Positions 50,686 to 61,217 of a stretch of 64,000 nucleotides of DNA are shown in pieces. The position numbers were made by a program, and so were the translations under genes. Each line of letters opens with the position of its first letter. The first letter of the stretch is position 1. The notes below the pieces were generated by a model, which was given only the letters and a program-made list of their open reading frames with translations, ran no database searches and had not been told where the DNA came from. Source of the stretch: Squalus acanthias (lineage: Eukaryota); assembly GCA_030390025.1 (NCBI GenBank), contig CM059427.1:122946001-123010000 (forward strand), in the 5' to 3' direction.

Positions 50686-51285
50686 ACCCCCTGGGGCTAG
50701 TACCCATGGGTGAGGACACGATTGGCTGTAGTACCCTTACAGCCCCTGGGGCTAGTACCCATAGGTGAGGACACGATTGGCTGTAGTACCCTTACAGCCC
50801 CTGGGGCTAGTACCCATGGGTGAGGACACGATTGGCTGTAGTACCCTTACAGCCCCCGGGGCTAGTACCCATAGGTGAGGACACGATTGGCTGTAGTACC
50901 CTTACAGCCCCTGGGGCTAGTACCCATGGGTGAGGACACGATTGGCTGTAGTACCCTTACAGCCCCCGGGGCTAGTACCCATGGGTGAGGACATGATTGG
51001 CTGTAGTACCCTTACAGCCCCCGGGACTAGTACCCATGGGTGAGGACACGATTGGCTGAAGTACCCTTACAGCCCCTGGGGCTAGTACCCATGGGTAGGG
51101 ACACGATTGGCTGTAGTACCCTTACAGCCCCCGGGGCTAGTACCCATGGGTGAGGACACGATTGGCTGCAGTACCCTTACAGCCCCCGGGGCTAGTACCC
51201 ATGGGTGAGGACATGACTGGATGTAGTGCCCTTTCAGCCCCCGGGGCTAGTACCCATGGGTGAGGACACGATTGGCTGAAGTGCC
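50686..51285. repeat. Minisatellite, 55-bp unit, about 11 copies
   Basis: c(t/c)ggggctagtacccatgggtgaggacacgattggctgtagtacccttacagccc. Confidence 0.97.
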
Positions 51286-52079
51286 CCCCCCACTGCCAGA
51301 TACCATGGGATCACAGGCACCCGTGGCTCTTTACCCCAATATGAGGAGGGAAGGGAACCTCTTTTATGTGGGGTGCAGACGCTAATCCGACCCAAAGACA
51401 GGCATCCATCTTGCGAATGTGCTATAAATTGCTTGCGCATTGCGGATTGCGTTGAATAGTTCCCTCTTTTTGTTGCCTGGACCTCTCTCAGTAGGTTGCC
51501 CCGATCCCTGCCACGTTCCCAGCAGCTTTTAGCTGCCAAACTGTGAATATTAATAGAAGTAAATACTAGGAGACTGCAGCTCTATTGCGGGAGGGCGAGC
51601 GAGTGCATGAATTTTTGTGAGGCTCCCAGACATTTATGGAGCAGTATTTGCATAGGATCTGGGCATCCGGTTTGTTGGTTCTATCTCTCATTTTTTTTTT
51701 TCATTTTGAACAGAATATTGAATTCTTGTTTACTTGAATCGGTGAGATTATTTATTTTACACACCACTGTTTGAGAATACTAATAAGTCTGTGCAAGTCT
51801 GGCAGGATTACTGTTCTGCTGCATTTGAAATCATAACCCTGCCTAATGGAAATGTGAGCCTTCTTATTTATTTAAAGAGACACTGACTAGGGGTCTGCTG
51901 TGTGTGTGTGTGTGGGGGGCGGGGGGGGGGGGTGGGTGTGGTTCAGGTACTTTTACAATTCATGCTTTCCGTGACTGTGGATTCAGCCGTTTGGATAAGG
52001 GAGCCAGTTTTACCAACACAAACATGGGGAGCCAGTGCATGGGCGTCACTCTCCTGCGATCCTGGCGACAGAACCGCGA

Positions 52080-52240
52080 GTTAACTTTCAAAAAGGGAAT
52101 TGGATAAATACGTGAAAAGGAAAAATCTACAAGGGCTGTGGGGAAAGTGCAGGGACAGTGGGACTAATTGGATAGCTCTTTCAAAGAGCCAGCACAGGCA
52201 TGGTGCGCTGAATAGCCTCCTTCTGCGCTGTAAGATTCTG
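52080..52240 (+). mobile_element. CR1 3' tail fragment
   Basis: tttcaaaagggaattggataaatac (FKRELDKY)...gctgaatagcctccttctgcgctgta. Confidence 0.8.
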
Positions 52241-52264
52241 CGCAGAGGTGCCCTTTAGTGACTA

Positions 52265-52660
52265 AAGATGCTAGTGATCCAAAAGGTCTCCAGGTTCAAT
52301 CCCTATCCTGCGCTGAATGAGTTGATTTCAACTGGAGCAATAGTTGGGCGGCTTCCATTGACCTCAGCGTGACTGGGCTTGGGAGAGGAGGAATCAGCCA
52401 GGATTCCTGCTACTGCTTGCCACATAGTGACCCCTGCTGAAAAGTTCACACATAATTAGATATCAGTTGAGAACAAAATTTGTCTGAGCGCCAATTCCCC
52501 CCCATGACCAAATAGCCTTTCAAGACTCGATGTCCAGTCTGACAGGTGAAGAAGAATGGGCTGTTGGGAGAGGGGCCGGAGAGCTAGCCATGCCAATGGA
52601 ACTGTACCCCTGGATGAGCCACATGACTTCAGGAGAGGAGTGAAGTAAAGGAGAGAAAAT
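52265..52660 (+). mobile_element. SINE B
   Basis: ccaggttcaatccct...aatcagccaggattcctgct...gtgacccctgctg...tggaactgtacccc...cttcaggagagga. Confidence 0.7.
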
Positions 52661-53559
52661 CAGAAGGGAAAGCGGGACAACAAGTGAAAACAATCGTCTG
52701 CCGGCAAATGCCTGGGAGATGGACCGTGTTCCAGTCTGTGAGGCAGGCAGCAGGTCTGAACTTAAAGGCAGCACTTTAAATAGAACTTTTTTGTCTCTCT
52801 CTCTCTGTCTTGTTTTCGATGTGAGACAAGGGTTAAGCAAAGGCCTGTTGCTGTTTTATTTAAGATGGCTCTAATGTATGTCCCACCTGACAAGGGAGAT
52901 GTGAAAGTTTTGTTGGTGAAGTGGTAGAAAGCAAAACATTCTTGAGAGGGACCGGCGGGATTTGTTTGTCCTGCTAAGTAATTATTAAGGCTGAACCGTA
53001 AGGCAGCGAAAGGACTCTTGGTGTATGAGCTGCCACCTTGTCTCATTTTCCATGTCTCTCAACTGTCAAGCTGTCCTGCATTCCAAAAAAAAAAGACCAA
53101 TATGAATTTTATTTACCCCATTTGCTGTGAGTTAGGGTGTTTGAACTCCATTATTGTACAAATTACCATATTAAAACCCAGTGATGACAGTGATTTTAGT
53201 GTTTTGTACGATTTATTTCCTCATTAGCATACTGCCCTTGGGCCAGTATAATTGGTACAAGAAGACTCTCTCTCTGTACTACTTATAGTCTCCCCTTTGA
53301 ACCCAGAGAGAAGCCAACACAGGGAACATATAATACAAAGAGCAAAGGGGGTTGTTTCATTATTCATGCAGCTTTGAACTAATAAAACACAATGTCAATA
53401 TATTTGGAGATATATGACATAATGTAGGTAGGTGGGAGAGTAACTTTCTACCATTTCAAGCTGCTTAAAGGTGCTTGTACTCGCTTCCCGACTCACTCAC
53501 CCAGCAGCAACCCCAATGCAACTAAGACCAGCCACTGGGAAGACTATCTTTTATTATGA

Positions 53560-53675
53560 TGCGGAGATGCCGGTGTTGGACTGGGGTGGACAAAAATGAG
53601 AAGTCGCACAACACCAGGTTATAGTCCAACAGATTTATTTAAAATTACTGTTGTTGGTGTTGTGCGACTTCTCAT
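53560..53675. mobile_element. Penelope-like mini-insertion, partly collapsed palindrome
   Basis: Same leader as 40212; 21-bp arms at 53596-53616 and 53655-53675; 14-bp duplication atcttttattatga at 53546-53559 and 53674-53687. Confidence 0.82.
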
Positions 53676-54004
53676 CTTTTATTATGAGCACAATCTGCCC
53701 AGTGGCTGGGTCTTAGCGAAAGCTGGAAATTTATGTTAAAGTTGGCACTCGTGCCAGCTCTCTAAGCTGAGTGTAAAAGCATCTTTATTGTAGTAAATGT
53801 TCTCCCTCCGTTGGTACTGTAATGGAATTGAGGGAGCACTGCTGCCTCCTGAGGCCGTCCTGGGTGTGAGGTCAGCTATCTGAGCGCAGGCCCAGGATTG
53901 AACCTGGGACCTTCCATGCCTCAGAGATGGGGCCTTGTATCTATGGCTGCATTGATACTCCCAACTATAGTGTTATAGCGAATGCTAAAGTAAGAGTATA
54001 AAAT

Positions 54005-54397
54005 TATTTTAAAAATTCTCATCCTTGTTTTCAAATTCCTCCATGGCTTCACTCCTCTCTATCTCTGTAACCTCCTCCAGCCCCACAACCCTCCGAGATA
54101 TCTGCGCTCCTCCAATTCTGGTCTCTTGCGCATCCACGATTTTCACCGCTCAATCATTGGTGGCCGTGCCTTCAGCTGCCTAGGCCCTAAGCTCTGGAAT
54201 TCCCTCCCTAAACCTTTCCACCTCTCTACCTCTCTCTCTTCCTTGAAGACGCTCCTTAAACCTTACTTCTTTGACCAAGCTTTTGGTCACAGGTCCTAAT
54301 ATCGCCCTATGTGGCTCGGTGTCAAATGTTATTTGATATCACTCCTGTTGAAGTGCCTTGGGACGTTTTACTATATTAATGCAAGTTATTGTTGTTG
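54005..54397 (+). mobile_element. L2-clade LINE 3' end
   Basis: aaaattctcatccttgttttcaaa (KILILVFK)...ggtggccgtgccttcagctgcctaggccctaagctctggaattccctccc (GGRAFSCLGPKLWNSLP); (ttg)n tail. Confidence 0.88.
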
Positions 54398-55864
54398 CAT
54401 AAACCTGACTCCAAATTGAAACAGAAACCCACAGCGGCTAGGGACTTTCCACCAGGCACACAAACCATATTGTCAGTATAACTCCAGCCTCCTGCAGCTC
54501 CGGTACCCAGTGCAAAGTTGCACAGCATCGTGACGCCATTGTGCTAACATCAAGAGCAAGGGACTATGAGCGACGCTGTGAACTGGACTCGTGTTCAAAG
54601 ATTGAGTATGGACTTGGGGGTACCAGCATTAATTGGTTCCCATTGAGGATGGATTAATGTGGTTTCCAGATTGCTGCCTCATTAGTGACCTTTCAGGGTT
54701 AGTGCAGAAAACATTGTGGTCAAAAATGGAATTGTAAAAGTATGCAGTTGCTTTTCTGTTGCTGAGGCCTGTGGAACCGATCCCACTGCACTGTCAACAG
54801 TAGCAGAGCGAATCAGTCTTTCTACATTAAGCAACAATCCCCCAAGTGGGCCAGTGTACCCTTTTCCTTATTTTTGTAGCGGTACACAAAAAGAAGCTGA
54901 ACTGATTGTACCATGTGTCTCTCACCATATTTAGCGTTCTGTGCATCTTGTCTACCGTGGAGTAAAGCAGGTTAGGAACAGAACCAAACGGTGCCTTTCC
55001 TAGTGTTAACTCAGTCCGCCTTCGGAGAGATCAAAGGATTATACGTGCATAAGACAGAGATACGGTCCAGGTCACAATGCAGTTTCAATGTTACACTCCT
55101 GCTGAAGGTGGGGGGGGGGGGGGAGACGGGGGAGGAAGGGCGAGGAAAAAGACACGAGAGTCTTATTCCCCACAGTAAACATTTTGTCTTTGCATCTGCA
55201 GTGTGTTTTTTTAAAAATATGGATCTAACGACAATTTGCTACAATTGGATTCTAAGCACAAGAATTTGCTGATGGGCAAACAAAAAAGTTCTTTTCCTGC
55301 AATTATTCAGCAATCTTTCTGCAAATTTGTCATTTGTGAAAATCTATGTGGGGAGGGGAGATAAGCGACCACCGTTGGAGGAATGTCAGAAAATAGCACG
55401 TCAGCATATCTCTGCGAGTTGGGACCGTAGTGTGTTTTAATTTAGCGATAATGAGGAGGAAAATGTCCATTAATTGGTAAAATAATTCACATCAATACTG
55501 AAGCACTTGTGATGTATTTTAATCACTAGCTAATAGGGAACATTATAAAAAGCAACGTCCTGCTTTAGTGCTTTTTTGTTTTACTTCAAACTTTCTTCCA
55601 TCTGACATGGTGGAATAATGATGATTCTTTTTTTTATTACATTATTTTTCTTCTCATCTTCCTCCCCTATTGTCCCCAAGTACGCCGGCTCCTTGCGGGC
55701 AAATAGTTCCACGGGTGCCGGCAGCCCCTCCGGTGCCCAAATAGCCGCGCTCCGTAGGTGAATCTAGGCCGCGAGCGTCAAATTACCACAAATTCATTCA
55801 GCTGAAGGCAACGATTCCTGACGCGTTTCAACCACGTGAGTACGTAATCTAGGCTGACGCTACA

Positions 55865-56295
55865 GTGGGGAGAACTCTCGCCCTCTGAGTCCGAAGGTCG
55901 TGGGTTCGAGCCCCACTCCAGAAACTTGAGCACATCACCTCAGCTGACACTCCCAGCGCAGTGCTGAGGGAGTGCTGCACTGTCAGAGGTGCCGCCTTTC
56001 AGATGAGACGTTAAACCGAGGCCCCCGTCTGCCCTAATAACAACAGAAAATGCTGGAAATACTCAGCAGGCCAGGCAGCATCCGTGGAGAGAGAAACAGA
56101 GTTAACATTTCAGGTCTGGGACCCTTGGTGGATGTAAAAGGTCCCATGGCACTGTTTCAAAAAACGTTGGGGTTCTCCCCAGTTTCCGGGCCAAAATGTA
56201 TCCCTCTACCAACAACACTAAAACAGATAATTTGGCCATTATCTCATTACTGTTTGTGGGAGCTTGCTGTGCGCAAATTTGCTGCATCACAATAG
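55865..56295 (+). mobile_element. SINE A interrupted by a Penelope-like fragment
   Basis: actctcgccctctgagtccgaaggtcgtgggttcgagcccc head and Deu-like core; resumes at ggtggatgtaaaaggtcccatggcac. Confidence 0.85.
56036..56125 (-). mobile_element. Penelope-like terminal-repeat fragment, second family
   Basis: acagaaaatgctggaaatactcagcaggccaggcagcatccgtggagagagaaacagagttaacatttcaggtctgggaccc; the minus strand shows ggtc-cca-gacc-tGAAA (hammerhead stem II plus GAAA, with CUGANGA truncated). Confidence 0.6.
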
Positions 56296-57997
56296 TGCCC
56301 ACCACCTTTCTGACTCATCCTTAGGTGAGGTACTGAAGGATGACTGCTGCCTGTGAAAATGGTGCTCCCAGTAAGCAAGTCAGCACCTGCGGGAGAGGAC
56401 GGCATGGCACGAAAGTAAAGATGTAATTCAGAAAACTCCTCCGTCTGTAATAAAAAAAACTCCCCTTCCAATATTTGTCATTTTGATGAGGGGGGAAAAA
56501 AGAAAACGATTCCTGCTGAAGGCAATGAATGAAAGTATAAAATGTGCTTTATTACCCACTGGATGAATCTGCTCTTTAATTGCAGGCCCAATTCACCCAG
56601 TGCCCCCAGCACCTGTTACTCTCTCATTCCCCTGAACGCCCAGCATTGGCTACAGCCCTTATTATTCCCAGAGAGCGGAGCCATTGGAAATAAAATTCAA
56701 TCCTGTGCACGAGTTCAGGCAGAAGGGAAAATAATAACAGGAAAACAATAAAGTTGCGCAACTGAAATGCGCTCTAAACAGGAATGGCTTCACCAGGGCT
56801 GACTAAACTGTTCAACTCAGAACCTTATCAGTTTACAGAGCACAGCTCAGTGGGCTGCACTGGGGAAAGTGAATATGTGTAAGACTAATCTCATAGCATT
56901 AATGTGAACTTGCTGGCTTTATCGGGGTGGGGTGGGGGGGTGGAGAGGGGGATCAATTTCCCTCCCCACCGAGAATAAAACTGAAGGCGGTGACTCAAGC
57001 AGGGAGGCAGTCCCACCATGGCCAGCTGCGAGATTCAGCGACATGTTGACTGGTGGCTAGGTTCAAACGGCTTGGCTGAGGGGGATCGGTGTGTGATTGA
57101 GGGCAGGGAGGGAGGGAGGGAAGAGACTCGGGAAGAAAAGGGGAAAGAATAACTGAAAGGTGAAGTGAACCCATTTCACTGAAATACTGGATCCCAGGTA
57201 TAGCAAAGGGGGGGTAGGACCTAGATATCTTAAGATGTGCCTTTAACGACACTGGGCACCAGGGGGGCCTGGCCTGCGAGTTCCTGGGGGCCCTGGCAGG
57301 GAGGTGTCAGATTCGAAGACTGGTTTCCAATGTGCAATCGATCACAGAAACCGGCAGAAGAAATGAAGGTGCTCCTCTTAAAGTGTTTTGCCTTTCAGCC
57401 CAGTACCCACGGACCCGCAAAACCCTTAGACCTCCCCTCAGCTGGCTGCCCATCCAAAGCTTTTCAATGACCCCCCCCATCCCCGGAATCCAGATAGGTC
57501 AGGATCACAGGCAAGGGGCAGGCGGAATTTGCTCTTTATTCCAGATGGCTTCTGTTCGAGGCCACACAACGCCCCCCCCCACCCCACCTTTGGAATTTCA
57601 GGGATCAGGCCGCCAGTCTTAGGGAATCCCGGCCGTTTTTTGGCTAGCAGTTGGTTTGCGCGAGGCAGAGGCTTCAGGAACTGGCCACGCCAGCGCAGTG
57701 TTACAGCAGCTGGAAATAAGGCCGGGATCTTGTGGCTGTTGTGTTGTCGCTTGTTTCCGTGTTATCTCAGTGGTGTTGCACGGAGCTGTTAGTGCGAGAC
57801 GCTAAGTGTTCCCGGTTGTGACAGATTCGTACCAATGTTGATGGTAATGTGGGAGTTTAGTAAGTCGGCAGCTTGAGGGGCTGGCATCATTTAGGGAAAG
57901 TGTAAACAAGATTGGCAGCAACAAGATAAATCAAGTCAAAAAAGAGACTTTTTGTGCATAATAAACAGGTACCATGTGAAATGACAGAAGTCTTTAC

Positions 57998-58265
57998 ACA
58001 ACAACAACTTGCATTTATATATAACACCTTTAATGTAGTAAAACGTCCCAAGGTGCTTTACCGGAGCGTTATCAGACAAAATTTGACACTGAGCCACATA
58101 AGGAGATATTAGGACAGATGACCAAAAGCTTGGTCAATGAGGTAGGTTTTATGGAGCGTCTTAAAGGAGCAGAGAGAGGTAGAGAGGCGGGGAGGTTTAG
58201 TGAGGCAATTTCAGAGATTAGGGCCTCGGCAGCTGAAGGCACGGCCGCCAGTGGTGGAATGATGA
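57998..58265 (-). mobile_element. L2-clade LINE 3' end
   Basis: Reverse complement of 54130-54397; (aac)n tail. Confidence 0.88.
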
Positions 58266-58329
58266 GGCTGGAATACATACATAGGTAGGAGCCATTTTAC
58301 ACTGAGAAATGGACCTGTGAGGTGCTCTG

Positions 58330-58625
58330 ATGGCTCAATGTGCAAATGCATCTTGTGGTACAGTGTCAAGCCTTACAGAACAGGAACGTCCCAGGATTGA
58401 GCCCTGGTCTGTGCTGAGATAGCCGATCTTGGGTGGGGGTGGAGGTGAACAGAATGCAGTAAGCTCCTGTAGCCCTGGACTATGAGGCAAAATCAGCCGG
58501 GTTTCTGATTGTTATCCTTATCCACTGACCCTGACTGAATAGCGCGCGCGCGTGTGTATTGAGGTGAGAACAGTCTCGGGCTTGACGGTGATACACTCTA
58601 TAGCCAAATAGCCTGCCAACACGTT
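58330..58625 (+). mobile_element. SINE B
   Basis: gatggctcaatgtg...ccctggtctgtgctgagatagccgatct...aaaatcagccgg...aaatagcctgccaacac. Confidence 0.7.
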
Positions 58626-58710
58626 TGAGCATAAGTTATTGCCTTCAGGAGGGGAAGGGGTTGAAGGAGAATAACTTGGGACCACGTTGGTGTTAGAAGA
58701 GAGTGTATAT

Positions 58711-58943
58711 AGGGTCGCCAACGCTGGTTGGATGTACTCCTGGAGGTTTTGTTACATGACCTCCAACCACCCCGCCCAGTCAAACAGCCTTTTCCCCCCC
58801 ATCTCCAATATTTTTATAATTCATAAACAAAAGTCTTCAAAGAAAATGAAAAAAGAAAACACCATTTTTTTTTAATGCCCCTATAGTCTTTCTGCCGGGT
58901 TGCTTGCAGCAGTGTTTGGGAGATTAATCTTTAATTCCTGGAG
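58711..58943. mobile_element. Second copy of the 31321-31585 element, opposite orientation
   Basis: agggtcgccaac...ccatctccaatattt...ggagattaatctttaattcct. Confidence 0.7.
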
Positions 58944-59065
58944 GGCTGGAATTCTAATATGCAGAATCGAGGTGTTTAAGATATTTAAAGGAGTTAACAG
59001 GGTAGATAGAGATATTTCCTCTGGTTGGGAGGAATCCAGAACAAGGAGGCATAACCTTAAAATTA

Positions 59066-59365
59066 TATCACATAGAATTTACAGCACAGAAACAGGCAGT
59101 GCGGCTCAACAGGTTCATGCTGATGGTTATGCTCCACACGAGCCTCCTCCCACCACTCTTCATTTCACCCTATCAGCATAACCCTCTATCCCTTTCTCAG
59201 TCATGTGCTTATCTAGCTTCCCCTTAAATGTAACTATGCTATTCGCCTCAACTACTCCCTGTGGTAGTGAGTTCCACATTCTCATCATTCTCTGGGTAAG
59301 GAAGTTTCTCCTGAATTCCCTATTGGATTTATTAGTGACTATCTTATATTTAGAGCCCTTAGTTT
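59066..59365 (-). mobile_element. CR1 3' end nested in CR1
   Basis: Minus frame KYKIVTNKSNREFRRNFLTQRMMRMWNSLPQGVVEANSI..FKGKLDKHM. Confidence 0.88.
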
Positions 59366-59528
59366 GAGCTAGGTCATTCAAGGGTGATGTCAGGAAGTAC
59401 CTCTTCACTTAAAGGGTAGTGGAAATCTCGAATTCTCTTCCCCCAAAAAACTGTTGAGGATAGGTCAATTGAAAATGTCAAAACTGCGATTGATTAATTT
59501 TTGTTAGGTTAGGGTATTAAAGGATCTA

Positions 59529-60229
59529 GGGCTAGAAATTCGTCTGGTTAGCGCCTCCGGAGGGCGATAACGGGGCACTAACCACTTACCGCCTGGGCGC
59601 GCCGAGAATATCGCCTCCCGCGGAGGTTTGCGGTGGTGGTATGGCGTGGCGCCCCTATCTCCTTCGCCCGGAGATCACAACATCATCGCCGTGCGCATCG
59701 CCCCGGTAGCGCCCCGGACCCGAACTTCGGTTCCGCCCCCTGCAGCATCGCCGGGCGAAAAACACCGGCAGCTGCAGGAGGCGGTCATCGGGAGGCCGGG
59801 CGCTTCGGGGGCGATACTTAAAGGCGAGGTGGCCGAGGTAGGAAAAAAAAATACTGAAATGCTCGTTCTCTGTTTTTTTTTGCTTTTTTTCCCCCAGCGA
59901 TCGATTAGCCCGGCACTCTGCTGCAGTGCATCGGGCTGATCGGGCCGGATCGCAGCTGCCGTCGGGGACCATGTAGGTTTTTCCCTTCCCTTTAAGGGAG
60001 GGAAGGAGCCTTCCAACGCGCCAGTGCTGCCCAGCCCATTGTGCAGCGCTGCTCACCTGCTGCCTGGTGCGCTCCAGGAAGGAAGCGGAGCGCTTGATTT
60101 AGCGTTCCACTTCCTTCCTGGAGCGCAAAACCGAATTTTTTAAAAGTTAAAAGACATCAGCGCCTGCGCTAATTTTTTCAACTTTTAAAAGTTAGCGCCC
60201 CAAATAGGGCAATAATGAACTTCTCCCCC
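59529..60229. mobile_element. CpG-rich MITE-like element, PIF/Harbinger-like ends
   Basis: Ends gggctagaaattc / gaacttctccccc (imperfect TIR); flanks cta / tta; removing it restores the contiguous CR1 sequence aaggatctagaaccaagg; internal hairpins. Confidence 0.65.
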
Positions 60230-61217
60230 TTAGAACCAAGGCGGTAGATGGAGTTGAGGTACAGAAGCTAATATCCAAATGGAAATGAAGTTGGTTTATC
60301 CTGCGGGGTGTGTGTGTGTGTGTATGCATCATCTTGTTGCCAAGCTCTTGGCAAGTGTGAGGTGTGGCTTGCTGGCACTTGCGCCTGGAAAATTAGCCTA
60401 ATCTGATTTGCGTGGATTAGACAGGTTTGTGAGGGAGGCCCCGTCAGTGCCCAGCGGCGGGCTGGAAGAGTCCCGCTGGGCTTTGATGAGAGATGTGACT
60501 CTGACTGCAAGAAAAAAAAGCCACAAAATGCTATAGGGAGGAAAACGAGCTTCATTTGCTTATAAAGGGACCTGTCATTACAACACAAGACTGCAAGCCA
60601 AAACAGAGAGAGAGAGAGAGAGAGAGTAAAGAGGACCACCAACTTCTGTCAGATCACGGGACCTTAAACACTGGGAGCTGGACCAATAGGTGTTCTGCTA
60701 AATGGCTTCCAAGCAACGCTGTTTTTCTCTTGGGTTCTTGAAATCCCCAGAGAAAGGTCAGATTCATTAAATGCCACTGTGAGCACCAGCTATTTACTGA
60801 TGTTTAACACTTAAAAAGAGCCCAGTTTTCAATAATATGTGCTGGAGCGCATCTTAATAATTGATGGATTTCATCAGAATGACTTTTATCCAAATGGGCT
60901 GGAGTGAGCCACAGTAGCCGAGATAAGACAGTGGCTTTTATTATTTCAAGAGTCCCCAGCTTTTCTTTTAAGAATTAGATGAAGCTCTTGCTGGGGTGCG
61001 GTTCCATGGGCGCTGACAGCCCACGTGAGGATACCCTCCCGCTGCGTTTACATCACGAGCCAGCTAACGGCACCAGTCTGCTGCATAACTGACCGCTCAT
61101 TCTCCCCTAAACCGGCTGCGCTACAGGGTGACCCCAGATCCAGCGCGCGTGCTAACTTGACCGTGGCAGTTTCAGACAGCGCATAGAGTAGTGATGCATG
61201 TGTGTCGCGGCATGACG

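Larger units (their letters stand above)
58965..60270 (+). mobile_element. CR1 3' fragment split into three pieces (58965-59065, about 59366-59528, 60230-60270)
   Basis: IEVFKIFKG...ESRTRRHNLKI, then gagctaggtcattc...gatgtcaggaagtacctcttcac, then gaaccaaggcggtagatggagttgagg. Confidence 0.75.

Noticed and set aside
56945-57640. GC-rich stretch as another MITE
   Set aside because: Termini and a duplication could not be defined by eye.
59529-60229. CpG-island promoter or GC-rich first exon (ORFs 59628-60056)
   Set aside because: It interrupts a CR1 fragment cleanly and has transposon-like ends; the ORFs resemble no protein I recognise.
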